This document shows positions 48,732 through 61,640 of a stretch of 64,000 nt of DNA, one piece after another. The notes below the pieces were generated by a model. That model was given only the letters and a program-made list of their open reading frames with translations. It was not told where the DNA came from and did not search any database. The translations under genes were made by a program, and so were the position numbers. Source of the DNA: Podarcis cretensis (Eukaryota); contig OX638155.1 in assembly GCA_951804945.1 (NCBI GenBank), forward strand, positions 33,294,001 to 33,358,000, given 5' to 3'. Numbering within the stretch: the stretch's first letter is position 1; every line of letters starts with the position of its first letter.

Positions 48732-50359
48732 AAGGTAAAGGGATCCCTGGCCATTAGGTCCAGTCGTGACCAACTCTGGGGTTGCGGCGCTCATCTCGCT
48801 TTATTGGCCGAGGGAGTCGGCGTACAGCTTCCAAGTCATATAGCCAGCATGACTAAGCCGCTTCTGGTGAACCAGAACAGCACACGGAAAAGCCATTTAC
48901 CTTCCCGCTGGAGTGGTACCTATTTATCTACTTGCACTTTGACGTGCTTTTGAACTGCTAGGTTGGCAGGAGCTGAGACTGAGCAATGGGAGCTCACCCC
49001 GTCGCGGGGATTCGAACTGCCAACCTTCTGATCGGCAAGGAATACTGTGATCACCAATAGTCAGCATGGATTTCTGAAAAATAAGTCGTGTCAGACTAAC
49101 CTGATCTCGTTTTTTGACAGAATTACAAGCCTGGTAGATGAAGGGAACGCAGTGGATGTAGCCTACCTTGATTTCAGCAAGGCATTTGACAAGGTGCCCC
49201 ATGATATTCTTGTAAAGAAGCTGGTAAAATGCGGTCTTGACTATGCTACCACTCAGTGGATTTGTAACTGGCTGACTGACCGAACCCAAAGGGTGCTCAT
49301 CAATGGTTCCTCTTCATCTTGGAGAAGAGTGACTAGTGGGGTGCCACAGGGTTCTGTCTTGGGCCCCGTCTTATTCAACATCTTTATCAACGAATTGGAT
49401 GATGGACTCAAGGGCATCCTGATCAAATTTGCAGATGACACCAAACTGGGAGGGGTGGCTAACACCCCAGAGGACAGGATCACACTTCAAAATGACCTTG
49501 ACAGATTAGAGAACTGGGCCAAAACAAACAAGATGAATTTTAATAGGGAGAAATGTAAAGTATTGCACTTGGGCAAAAAAAATGAGAGGCACAAATACAA
49601 GATGGGTGACACCTGGCTTGAGAGCAGTACATGTGAAAAGGATCTAGGAGTCTTGGATGACCACAAACTTGACATGAGCCAACAGTGTGACGCGGCAGCT
49701 AAAAAAGCCAATGCAATTCTGGGCTGCATCAATAGGAGTATTGCATCTAGATCAAGGGAAGTAATAGTGCCACTGTATTCTGCTCTGGTCAGACCTCACC
49801 TGGAGTACTGTGTCCAGTTCTGGGCACCACAGTTCAAGAAGGACACTGACAAACTGGAACGTGTCCAGAGGAGGGCAACCAAAATGGTCAAAGGCCTGGA
49901 AACGATGCCTTATGAGGAATGGCTAAGGGAGCTGGGCATGTTTAGCCTGGAGAAGAGGAGGTTAAGGGGTGATATGATAGCCATGTTCAAATATATAAAA
50001 GGATGTCACATAGAGGAGGGAGAAAGGTTGTTTTCTGCTGCTCCAGAGAAGCGGACACGGAGCAATGGTTCCAAACTACAAGAAAAAAGATTCCACCTAA
50101 ACATTAGGAAGAACTTCCTGACAGTAAGAGCTGTTCGACAGTGGAATTTGCTGCCAAGGTGTGTGGTGGAGTCTCCTTCTTTGGAGGTCTTTAAGCAGAG
50201 GCTTGACAACCATATGTCAGGAGTGCTCTGATGATGTTTCCTGCTTGGCAGGGGGTTGGACTCGATGGCCCTTGTGGTCTCTTCCAACTCTATGATTCTA
50301 TGATTCTATGATTCTAAGTCCTAGGCTCTGTGGTTTAACCCACAGCGCCACCTGCGTCC
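48732..50359 (-). mobile_element. Sauria SINE interrupted by a CR1 insertion (SINE parts 48732-49039 and 50316-50359)
   Basis: The SINE reads continuously across the insertion (atcggcaag|tcctaggctctgtgg); 7-bp TSD atctcta (48725-48731 and 50360-50366). Confidence 0.92.
49040..50315 (+). mobile_element. Young 5'-truncated CR1 LINE with an uninterrupted ORF2 remnant (RT domain and C-terminus, 49047-50231)
   Basis: 394-aa open frame with [34 protein letters not shown] and WNLLP motifs; (ATTCTATG)n tail; endonuclease and ORF1 absent. Confidence 0.96.
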
Positions 50360-51162
50360 ATCTCTAGTACATATCAATCAGCTCCAACATCACTCATCAG
50401 GCAAAAACAGGTGAAAGATTAGAAGCAAGCTCGCATCTCAGAAAACAACAGCTTTCAATGGTGCTTTTACATATTGCTTGATAACTTTCTTTCTAAAGAG
50501 GCTGTAAGCTGCCTTCTTTAAAAATGCTCAAGGGTCTGGCTCTGAGCCCAGAATGGCAGTATGCTTGATCCCACCACTACCTGTCAGTGGCCCTAGTTTT
50601 AAGTCAGCTGCTTCCATGGTGAGACAGTTTTATTAGGTTTATATTGTCCTTTTAAGACTGTGCTGGGCAGACTGTTGTTTTTGTGTGCTGGCTAATTTTA
50701 AAGTTGGGGTTTTTTTGGGGGGGGGGTTCTAAACTGAGTTTTGTATTGTTACAATATCCTGTGTTTGCTGCTTTGTGGAGAGATTATCTTAGAAAGTGGA
50801 ATAAAAATCTATTAAATAAATAACCTTAAACTGCTTTCTCTTCATCTTTCTTCTACTCATCTCCCATTTTCCTTCACAACATAACTTAGTATGACTCACC
50901 TGTGTATGTATTGAATCTGAAGATAAATGGTCTTTTTTAAAAAGGGCTTTCCCCCAAAATAGGCAGAATCAGAAGGCATTTCTATAAAATGAATCTGGCT
51001 CCTATACTGTAAATTAGATAGTAACATTTAACATCTTTTGTCTAATTTTGTTTATTTACCTACTCACTTTGAATGATTCACTTCTTTTACATACCTAATT
51101 TTAAGAGATTTTTCCAGACACAAAATAGTAAACACAAGAAAACATGCAACATAGAAGAAAAC

Positions 51163-51165
<3 letters not shown>

Positions 51166-51198
<33 letters not shown>
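51166..51198. repeat. (GA)n microsatellite
   Basis: Direct inspection. Confidence 0.9.
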
Positions 51199-51199
<1 letters not shown>

Positions 51200-51842
51200 T
51201 AGAGACACATCTATAAGGCTGTTGTTGCATCCCCAAGTATCTTGCCACGTGTGTAGCTGCTAAAACAAGCATGAGTATCCTGGTGCCCTCCAGATGTTGC
51301 TGGACTACTCCCCATTATTCCTGACAACTGGCCATGCTAACAGGGACTTATGGGAATTGTACTCTAGCAGTACCTGGAGGGCTGCAGATTCCCAGTCACT
51401 GCACTAAAATTTCAATCCTTGAGGCAAGTTATGCTATTCCTCATTTAGTCATCCCACTTCAGCAAATGATGGTTCATTGAAAATACTTGCATAATTCAAG
51501 TGTATTTATCTAATCAGAATGGATGTAGAAAGACCCTTAGCTGTTGATTCTGAGGAATTCAGCATAGCGCTAAGCAGATCGCTCTGTCAGTGCAAGCATT
51601 TCTGCATGCCTGATGGAATTATCTGCCCTCTCCTTCCCTTGCATGCTGCTCCGGGGTTTCTCCTGACCACCCTCTCCTGAACTAGTTGTGGGGCACCCTG
51701 AATTTTTACTTTGAGCTTCATAGATTTCAAAACAATGAAATATTTGCATGCATTTCAAAATAGTCCTCAGTGCTTTCACTTGTTAAAATTCTTTCTTGAT
51801 TGGGTGCATGTATTCTCAAACATCAGTTTATTTCACCTGATC

Positions 51843-51979
51843 CATGGATGGGGATCCTGTGCTTGCCCCAAATATTGGACTCCCAATTCCCATCAGTCTC
51901 AGCCAGCATGGCCAGTGGTCAAGGATGATGGGAAGTGTAGTCCAAGAGTGTCTGGTGGTTCACGGGTTTCCCATCCCTA
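51843..51979. mobile_element. Degenerate hAT MITE related to 1201-1337
   Basis: ggactcccaattcccatca...gatgatgggaagtgtagtcc internal palindrome. Further degenerate relatives at about 27060-27170, 36705-36790 and 51280-51403. Confidence 0.7.
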
Positions 51980-54877
51980 ATGTAGAAGATGGAGGCTAAT
52001 AGGCAAGTCAGAGGAGTCAAATATTACAAGAGCAACAAACTTGGCTCTTAAATTACACTCCTTCACCAAATAACTGAAGATTCTGCACCATTTGAAATTA
52101 CTTTCCCAACATCCAGTCCCAAGAGTGTTACTTATTTAGCAATCCAGTCAAATGCAGTAGCAGTGCAGCAAGAGGCGGATCTACTATGAAGTCCAACAAG
52201 AGGCCCGATTTTGGTATCGCACAGGGCACAACTGAAATTTGAGACGCCAAGTTTCACCAGTGAGTGCAATCAATGCTTGAACAGAAGAGGTTTACACCAG
52301 CATGAATGGACCGTAACAATCTTGTTTTTTATAACTGCTTTTTAAAGTGTTTACATTTCCCCCTTACTCCAAAAAACAAACAAACAAACAACAACAACCC
52401 CCAAACCATTTAATGGTTTTTAAAAATTTCTTCCAAGCTTTCCAGTATTTCCTCCTCCTCCATTAATTCCAGGCCTTGGGGTGGAGACCTTTTTTCTTGG
52501 CCTTCACATCTCTATTTAATACCAAAGAGCAATCCTAACTACAAAAACGTACTTGTTCCGAAAAAAGATCCTTCTTAAGATGCATGTCTTAAGAAGCCTT
52601 CATTTCCATTGGTAAAAGGTTAAGATGCGCTTGCCAAATCAGTGGGAAGCAAGATGTGTGTGGGAGAGGGAAGAGAATGATCAATACGTCATGAAAACAC
52701 CACACACTGAATTGCCTGAGCCCTTGAACAGTACATGAACTTGTGTTAAGGGTTTTATTTTGGGATTTCGTAATGAACTGTTGGTGGCTATGGGAGAGGA
52801 AGGGAGGATTGATTTTCTGTTAGCCTCTTTTCCTCCTCCTCCTCCTCCTCCTTGAATCATAGTTCTTTGCTAGGTCATTTGATAACATAAAAATATGCAG
52901 GCATCTTCTTTCTAAGTGTGAAATATTTGTGAAATTATAATCTCAAATATTTATGAAAGATTTGGATTGCAGTCTGTTGGCATTCTTTTCCTAAAGCAGC
53001 CTGTAAGTTTGGCAAGGGGAAAGGCAGGGGGAGGTGTTCTTCGAGACATTTCCTTTAGAGACTTTTCCGATTTATTCCAGATGTTTCCTTGATAGTTTCA
53101 TCTGCACAACACTCCCACTGCCCGTATTTATCAGTGTTTTGGTAACAATTGCTATTATTCAGTAAGGTCTTTCACTACTCATGTGTTAGAGCTCTTAACA
53201 ATCTTTTTTTAATAGCCCACACACGTTTCCACAAAATTTTGCTTTCTTCAGTAATTTTGAATGTATTTCCTTATGTGGTTTAGTAGGGAACTCCAGGACT
53301 TAATGGTAGAATTAGTTAAAAGCATGGGGGATGGGCAACTTTAAGCCCAGAAGAGGGCAGCAGTGCTATTCAGAAACTGTTAACTTGTCTTCCTCTGACA
53401 CCTTGAGCTCATTTGAGCATTTCAGAGGTGTATGCTGTATGTGTGTAGAAAATGATCTCTGTGACATTTCCTTAAAGAATTTCTACTGAAAGGTTAAATG
53501 TGGTAAATTTTTTAAAAAATTTTTGGCAAGGAGAGTTGTATCGCTTTAATCCTGTGGTAAGCTGCCTTGGAGGTCATATGCAGAAAGGCAGGGTATAAAT
53601 TTCATAAATAAAAAAAATCACCTGTCACAGTTTATAGGAGGCTTTGGGCTCCCCCTGCACCACCATTTGCACCTTTTAACTCTGTTGCTAAGATATTTCT
53701 GTTTCATGGTTCAAATATAATTCAGTATCTTAGTGCCCCACTTTTCTAATGGTGTAATATGCACTGTTCACGAGTTAGGTTCAGGGTGAAAGTCATGTAA
53801 CATGAGCCTGTGTGGTAGACATGAGTTTATATCCCTGCTCAGCCATGAATTTCACTGGGTGACCTTTTCCCTGGCTCCAGCAGAGCATGGATGGAACTCT
53901 GCTCACACAATGACCCCTTTCTGATCATTCTTCCCACTGCAGTCCCTTGTACTCCGTCAAAAGCTTCTCTTGGGGGTTAAGGGACACTCTAGAACATTGT
54001 GGTTTATAGCACATGGGTTATAGCACATTGTGGTTTATAGCACAAGAGTGAGCCAGGGGAATTAGCAGGATTCATTGTGAGCTGTTTCATTGCCATCTTT
54101 TCTTCTCTGTTCTTTTTTTACTGCTGGGCTGCCACTATTTGGGAGCCCTCCTAGAGCGCCTCCCGTCTCCGAAGTCACTGGGAAGACCCTGTTTCCTATA
54201 GAAATAGAAAATGACTTTCCCAGCACCAGGGCCTTCCTCAAGCTGGTCTCCTCCATTTGAGGGGACAACCTTTGAAGCCAAGCCATGGTGTAGGGATTTG
54301 TAGTTCTGTGAAGGATCCTCTAACCATGCTCAGCACCTTTAACAAGCTACAGTTCCCAGGATTCTTTGGGGAAAGCCATGGCTGTTAAAAGTGTTCTAAG
54401 AGTGCTCCAAATGTATGGTGTGGATATGGCATATGTGTAGGAAAGTTGCATACACTTATGGCGGATTCCAGCAAACCAGTCCAGAAGGCATGAGGTCATT
54501 TATTTGAAGGTGCCAGAGATTGAACCTGGTACCTTCTGCATTCAATACATGTGCCTTCTTACCGAGCTCTCAGCTATCACCAGGTTTTTAAAAATGTACA
54601 ATTCTAGCAAATTCCTCAACTCACCAACCTCTCTTTAATATTGTCGTGTACAGCAGGGCAGGTGTTACCCACGGCTTCCATATTATCTTTGGCTGCAACT
54701 GGATGCATAGGAACTAATGAGATATCTGCAGTTTTCATCTCACTGAAAAAGCAATAATGCTGCATTTAGCTTCCTTAGAATGCACTGTCATGAGTTGAGC
54801 TTCCGTTATTTGAAATTATGTAAATCATGCTAATTAAGATTTCTCCGTGTACTCTCCCCCACCCCTGGGCAGTTTTG

Positions 54878-54916
<39 letters not shown>
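54878..54916. repeat. (GATA)n microsatellite
   Basis: About 9-10 units. Confidence 0.92.
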
Positions 54917-54917
<1 letters not shown>

Positions 54918-56347
54918 AAGAAGTATAGATATTCAGTGGTTAGTAGGGTTATTTTTTTTTACACATGATAGTCTCTAATATATGTGTAGGCATTCTCTAT
55001 TATTTAATACTAGTTAACTGTCTTGTTTGCAATAACTATGAACACACAGCATTCAGTTAGGAGAAAATGAGGTTTTTCTTGTATTATCTGTTAATTTAAA
55101 AATTAAAATGAAATTGGAAACACTCTTTTTTTAAGTGTGTGTTTCTTCCGTCTGTTAAAGCAGTTATCGGTGTAAATTTTGGAGAGCTGTTGCCAGTCAC
55201 TGTAGACTGAGTGAGATGAGCCAATGCTCTGACTATATAAGGCAGCAGCTTGGTGAAAGTGCATCTTCTAATGCACACTCTCACATATTATGAAAGGAAG
55301 GTCTTCTAACCTCTCCATTAACAACGTTAACTTGAACTGTCACTATTTAGCAGGAAGCATACCAAAAATTTAGTTTGTGCAATTAAAGTGGATTAAAGAG
55401 CTCTGTCATCCTGGCACAACAGATCCACTTTTAAAAGGAATCAGATTTTTTTGTGGTTTGGAAAGTGACGGAGAAATGCATTGAAAGATGAGGGTTGAAC
55501 AAATGACTAGCAGGAAGATTATAACTGTCCTGCAAACAAATCAACGAATCCTCAGTAAAGACCAGATACAATCTAATCTCTGTGTAAGCTTTGTGCAGAC
55601 AAATCAGGATTAATGCTCAATAAACAGGTCATCTGGAGAGACCCTAGAAAGAATATTCACAATATTTTCGTGAAGGATTGTTGAAGCTGCATATCAACTT
55701 ATATGGTTGTTTAATCAAATGTCTTGCAGTGAAAACTTTTCACTGGTTTACTTTTTTCAACAGAGGCATGATGGAAAAAAGCAACAGCTTTTTTTTTTCA
55801 TTTGTTGCATTTCAACTAAACAGACTGGCTGTATTTTGATAGCAAATGTTATCATTTGCACTGCTCAGTTACTCTAGTCAGATTGGCTAAACAAGCCAAA
55901 GATTAAGCCAGAGATATGTGGGTGTGGCTGTCTTGCCTTCCCATTGAACATCTGTTGTGGTGACAGGTACACAAAGATAAGTTCTAGTGAGTTACCTGAG
56001 TAGAATTTGAGGCAGCAGGTGGGGAGAATTTGAATCCTTTGTCCTGCACCTGCCACACTTAAGGGAAGTGGAAACAGCTGTTACCAAGAGAATAACATTG
56101 TACGGTTAAGCAGGGACTCAAATACAAAACTCTTTGTACTGCACCTACATCTACTAACTGCTTGGAGCCACTGATTACAAAAGCAGCTCTCATTAGACCC
56201 TCAGTAAAGTACAAAAAATGCCATTTGGTCCTTGAGCAGAAACAAGACACCAATAGGAATTTTTCAATGGATAAACAGAGTTCAGCTTAAAATCCTTTGC
56301 TTTCAGCTTTGAAAACTTAGGTTTTCTACCAGATAGAATTACACATA

Positions 56348-56780
56348 GGCCCAGTTTGCACATAATGCTAAGCCAAGCCATGGTTTAGTGCAAACGGGCA
56401 AATGTGCAGGTTGTTAGAAAGATCACAACATCTTCGCTCCGCCAGTCCAAGTGCTGCCACACTGTTAGGAGCTAAGCCATGGTTTGGCATAGTGTTACAC
56501 CCAAACCTGGACTCATGGTTTGTTTCCTCCAGATAAACCATGAGTGGTAAGCCACAGAACATACCTTGGCTACTTCTTGTGCTTTGTCTTGGACAGGATT
56601 AGCAACAAGCCCAGGTTCAGGTGTAACACTAAGCCAGATCATGGCATAGCTCAAAGCAGTGCAGCAACAGTAGGACTAGAGGAGGACCAAAGCAGCTGTG
56701 ATCTTCTACCTGGGAACTCTCACATTTTGCTCATTCACCATAAGCTCTAGTTTGGCATAGTGCTACATGTAAACTAGATC
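56348..56780. mobile_element. Old long-palindromic MITE, possibly PIF/Harbinger-type
   Basis: Diverged inverted arms of about 200 bp (gagctaagccatggtttggcatagtgttacacc versus ggtgtaacactaagccagatcatggcatagctc); flanked by ata on both sides. Confidence 0.6.
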
Positions 56781-57747
56781 ATAATGGTTTATTGTAGAAA
56801 AATTGGGGCATCTCCAAATATATGCAATATTAGGTTTATCTTTGAAATACACAGATGCTGCATTCTGATGGCTTCCAAGAAAAAATGCTTTTAAAAAAGC
56901 ATTTATAATCATTAGTATCGTTATGTCAAGCACTGGTGTGGTTTCATCAGTATGAAAGAGTAAATGGGACCAGCTTGGATCCCTCTCTCTCTCTCATTCT
57001 CTGCTGTCAGGAAGGAATAGTTACAAGACAGCCACAGTGATTCCTGCCATCTCCTCCTTCACAGTCAGGTTTCCAGGCTAACTGGCTTTGCCCTATGCCT
57101 CCTTGCAGAGTGCTTGCGGGGGCAAAGAGGTTTAGTAATCTCTGCACAGGCTATGGTATGTATATGTAAACATATAAAATTCAATTTTGATGTTTCTTCG
57201 CATGATTACAGAAATCCAACAACAGCAGTGATTCTCTCTATATGGTATTATAAAGCCTTTGCTTGAGCCTTCTCCGCTGAATATTTAATGTTGCTAAATC
57301 TGGAGAGTCAGATCTTGAAAGATGCAAACAACTTGGAAGGCATTCAGAGGAGAGCAGTGAGAGTATTTTGCATATATTTAAAATAATTGAAGATACAGTG
57401 AGCTAGTTACTTTTGGTTTGGCAGGAGGAACAGTTTTTAGTTTGTTTATATTGATTCAGACATTCCCTTTTGTACTTTCACGTTGATAAACAACTATTAG
57501 GCCTTACAGTGATGCACTGTGGGTGTCATCGTCATTCTCTTAGCTTCTTTAAGTGATGTGTGTTCATTCTTTTCAAAGACTTTCAGGTGCAATAAACAAG
57601 TAATTCTATGAAGTGTGATTGCATGGCCATTTATGTATGACTAGCTTCTTCCTGGTATCTATTCCCTGGGAGGCTGCGTGAAAAGGGTACCTACCAACAA
57701 TTCTAGTGAAGGGAAAGCCACTGAGCCTGAATATTTATGCAGTACAG

Positions 57748-57873
57748 CAGAGTTTCCAGAATTTGGGTCTGCAGATGTTTTTGGACTACAATTCCCATCA
57801 TCCCTGAGCACTGGTCCTGCTAGCTAGGGATGGTGCGTGTTGTAGTCCAAAAACAACTACAGACCCAAACTTG
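57748..57873. mobile_element. hAT MITE (family of 1201-1337) with a deleted right TIR tip
   Basis: tttttggactacaattcccatcatccct...agggatgg...ttgtagtccaaaaa; 8-bp TSD cagtacag retained on both sides. Confidence 0.75.
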
Positions 57874-58044
57874 CAGTACAGCAATTAAGGGAAAGAACTT
57901 TTAAGCTTGAAAGTTGCTGGTTCATATCTTGTTAAATTTTTACTTATTTAATAGGTTTATATATTTTTATCCTGCCATTCAGGATGTTCACTCTCCCAAT
58001 GTGGTTTACAAAACAGTTGCTAAAACATTAAGGTAATAAGATTA

Positions 58045-58259
58045 CAGTCGAACCTCAGTTTTTGAATGTCTTGGCTGCCAAACACCAAAAACCCGGAAGT
58101 GAATGCTTCCGTTCTCGAATGCGCCTAGGGCTTCCAAGGCGTGTTTCTCAGTTTTCCCTTTTGAACTTGCTGACAGCCCTTTGACCCTTGGTTTTCAAAC
58201 GTTTCGGAAGTCAAGCGGACTTCCAGAACAGTTTATGTTCGAAAACCGAGGTTCCACTG
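58045..58259. mobile_element. Tigger/pogo-like MITE
   Basis: TIR cagtcgaacctcagtttttgaa / ttcgaaaaccgaggttccactg; TA TSD on both sides. Confidence 0.82.
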
Positions 58260-58503
58260 TACGAACTATTAACACAACAAATAACAAACAGCAACATTGT
58301 AACACTGAAATAACAGCAGTAGAGGAAACCATTATTCAGAGAGATGGGCTGCTAGGTCCTGAACCACAGATTAGTCAGACATATCTCCCTGGAACAGGTA
58401 TCCTGCAGCTGCAGTGGCGGGGCAGGCACCATTAGGGACAAGACCTTCTCTGTGGTGGTCTTGCAGCTTGTATCAGCCATTGTGCTTTACACAAGCCATT
58501 GCC

Positions 58504-58550
<47 letters not shown>

Positions 58551-58805
58551 TTATTATTTATACCCTGCCCATCTGGTTGGGTTTCCCCAGCCACTGTGGG
58601 TGGCTTCCAACCAAAGATTAAAAATACATTAAAACATCAGTCATTAAAAACTTCCCTAAACAAGGCTGCCTTCAGATGTCTTCTAAACGTCTGATATGTC
58701 TTTCTTTGACATCTGATGGGAGGGCATTCCACAGGGTGGGCACCACTACCAAGAAGGCCCTCTGCTTGGTTCCCTGTAACTTCGCTTCTCACAGTGAGGG
58801 AACTG
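58504..58805 (-). mobile_element. L2 LINE 3' fragment with (AAT)n tail
   Basis: Reverse complement of about 43310-43582. Confidence 0.85.
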
Positions 58806-58850
58806 AATCAGGAAACTGAAGTATTATGGTGTGGTTTCAAGAGGTAAGAC

Positions 58851-59118
58851 CAGGGGTCAGCAAGGTTTATCTTGCCTGGGCTGGATCAGTCCCACGGAGA
58901 TCCTTCCGTGGGCCAGATTGCACCCACGCCTGCAATTTTTGGCATCTGTGTCTGCACAGACGCAATTTCCAGCACCACGGAAGTGAGTCCCTGCGCCGTG
59001 CTGCGCTGGTTTAGCACAGTACGCAAGCGGGCAGCTCAGTTCGGGGGCAGCTCGGGGGCTGGTCAAACGACCTCTGTGGGCTGCTTCCGGCCCATGGGCC
59101 TTAGGTTGCTGACCGCTG
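58851..59118. mobile_element. hAT non-autonomous element (268 bp)
   Basis: TIR caggggtcagcaa / ttgctgaccgctg; perfect 8-bp TSD ggtaagac (58843-58850 and 59119-59126). Confidence 0.9.
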
Positions 59119-60775
59119 GGTAAGACCATCAGGAGCTTCAGCCCCCATCTGTATTAGAGGCATAATAATAATGGCCTGCCTTACAAGGCTGGTGGTGGGA
59201 TTACTGACAATGGATGAACATTTATTTGAGTCCTTAGGGAAAGTGCTATATAAATGCTTAATGTTGTTATTGTCCACAAAAAATGGAAACAGGTTAGCCC
59301 AGCTCATAGGAATTATGACAGTAGTCCTTAAATTTGAAGACCACTTAAATTTGAAGACCACTTAATATCCCATTTTGTAATAGCTCTCATTTGGCACCCT
59401 TCTTGGACTCTGAAGTGGAACCTGGCTTATTTTTAAAAGTTTTTTTTTATGAAGCAACCGACCAAAAGACCAAGAAATGAACGTAAAAAACCCCACACTT
59501 CATTATAGAGCATTTCTTTTGAAGTTGAAAAATATTTCTTAGCTTTGTATTCGTCAGATTTTTCTTGCAGTGTTGCCTGCCACAATGTCTGATTTATAAC
59601 CATTGTCTGTGGTATAAGGTGAGTGGTTTTTACATTGTACTGTGTGTGTTTGTATATGTGTATACGGTGGTTTTTCTGAGAATGAGGTAAAATTCCTGAA
59701 ACGTCTCTTCAAGGTGATCTGTGTGTAAGAGCCTTGAGTATATGCTTAAAGCAACTGCATCTTGCAGTCTTAGTTCACCAGTTCTTATTTACCAAAGGAT
59801 GTGACTGCTTGTGTTTAAAATGAAAACTATTTTTTTAAAAAAACAAAGTAGTTTTGTCTTGGTATACAGGGAACTTTTCCCTTTGATCTCAAAGCCTTGT
59901 AAAAAGACATTACCCTCTTCACTGGTACAGCCTTTCATCTTTTCCAGGTGTTTCTACTTGAAGGTATTTCATAGAAATACATCTCAAAAAGTTGATGATT
60001 TTGGACAAGAGAGTTGCTTACAGCACATGGTATACTGTGCTTGTCTTTTATTTATATTGTTAAACAAACGACATTCTTCCCTGCTTTCAAGACATACTAC
60101 TATATTAAGAACGTTTCAGTTATCTATGGAAAATAGTAAAGTGTAGTATCTTGTATCTGAATGGCATCGAACCCAGGAAAGGAGGTGGTGTCCAGGACCA
60201 ACATGACCAGTGTTGATGTTAGATAGATGGATGATGGCTCCAGCCTGACAACCTCAGAGAACTGAAGAACTAGGATCGGTTTCATCTTGAATAAGATAAG
60301 AAAAATGTGATGAGAAACTGGAAGAAGAGGAAAGGAATGGCCATATTTTAGCTATTGAACATTTTCAGGCTTCTATGGGGAAACCCAAAGGATGTATTTA
60401 TTTCTTTATGTTTACTTAAACTATTTATATATCCACTCTTCGGCATCAAAAGCATGCCAAAACGGCATATAAGTAATATTAAAGTACTTTGTAAAAAAAG
60501 AGTGAATAATATAAACAACCTTCCCATAGAGCACTTGATTGGAGATGGATCCTGCTGGAGAAGACCCTGAGATGGTCTTCGCATACCCCTCCCTCTTCTC
60601 CCTTTCTCCCTCCCTCAGAATCCTTCCCATAGGACACAAGTTGTTGATGGTCATGTGCAGAGAGAGAGATGAAAGTCTAGCAAGACCAGGCTCTGGCTGT
60701 GTAAAATTCAGGATATGTCTTAATATCTTCTGCAGTATGCCATAAAGCAACATGTACTGCCCCACATGCTTCATA

Positions 60776-60950
60776 AAGGTAAAGGGACCCCTGACCATTA
60801 GGTCCAGTGGTGGCCGACTCTGGGTTGCGGCGCTCATCTCGCTTTACTGGCCGAGGGAGTCGGCGTACAGCTTCCGGGTCATGTGGCCAGCATGACTAAG
60901 CCGCTTCTGGCGAACCAGAGCAGCGCACGGAAACACCGTGTACCTTCCCG
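60776..60950 (-). mobile_element. 5'-truncated Sauria SINE
   Basis: 3' half only; 7-bp TSD cttcata (60769-60775 and 60953-60959). Confidence 0.88.
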
Positions 60951-61509
60951 TACTTCATACTAACCAGATAAATTTAATCAGCAATCTGCATTGTTTGTTC
61001 TTTCCTGTCACTTATAAATCTTTGTTGGAATGCTGGAAACTGAAACGTATGTTGTGGTTGGGAGGGGTACACCCACTGAGGGCTGACTCAAGAGTGACCA
61101 AGTTGAGGCTAGCAAAGATGTCTAAAGGGTCAACCAGACATTCTGCCATGCAGATTAGGGCCCATGACAGAAGACAACAGGGAAGGAAGGAGACTGGCCA
61201 AGGGAAGGTTTGAAGAGAGGGGCTTTCAAGGAGTGACAGTCATTTGACCCATGATATACAGAAGAAAGAAGAAAGGCAAGCATGTGAGAGAAGAAGCAGA
61301 AATTTGAGTAAGGAGGACATGGCCAGTGACTGGTACTCATGAGCAGGAGTAAGGCAGACTTTTGGCTTACTTCTACTCTGATTTGCTCTTCCATCCTGAT
61401 TTCACACTTGCACTTCAATCCTGCCTCCTGTTTTTCCTTTTGGTCCTGACTACTGGTTTTGTCCCATGACTCCTGGTACAGGAGGACAGCTGAACTCGGA
61501 CTATATCTG

Positions 61510-61640
61510 TCACAGCTGGCAGACCAGCTGAAGATAGTATGAGATGCTCTGTGTCACAAAAGCAACCTGCAACAAAGATGGATGAAGAAGCATGACCTGT
61601 CTGGAAACCTGCTCAGTCAGGAGGGCGACTCCATCCAGAA
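61510..61640 (-). mobile_element. Old L2 ORF2 fragment
   Basis: Minus-strand LDGVALLTEQVSRQVMLLHPSL...YYLQLVCQL resembles the L2 post-RT segment (LDGV.LP...V..LGV.LD..L). Confidence 0.5.

Noticed and set aside
49047-50231. 394-aa reverse transcriptase ORF as a host gene or a retron/novel RT system
   Set aside because: It has CR1 ORF2 motifs and the CR1 tail, is 5'-truncated with only a GTG start, sits inside a SINE, and has a near-identical sibling fragment at 40070.
61050-61514. Second solo LTR (TG...CA block)
   Set aside because: No TSD or clear inverted termini; insufficient support.
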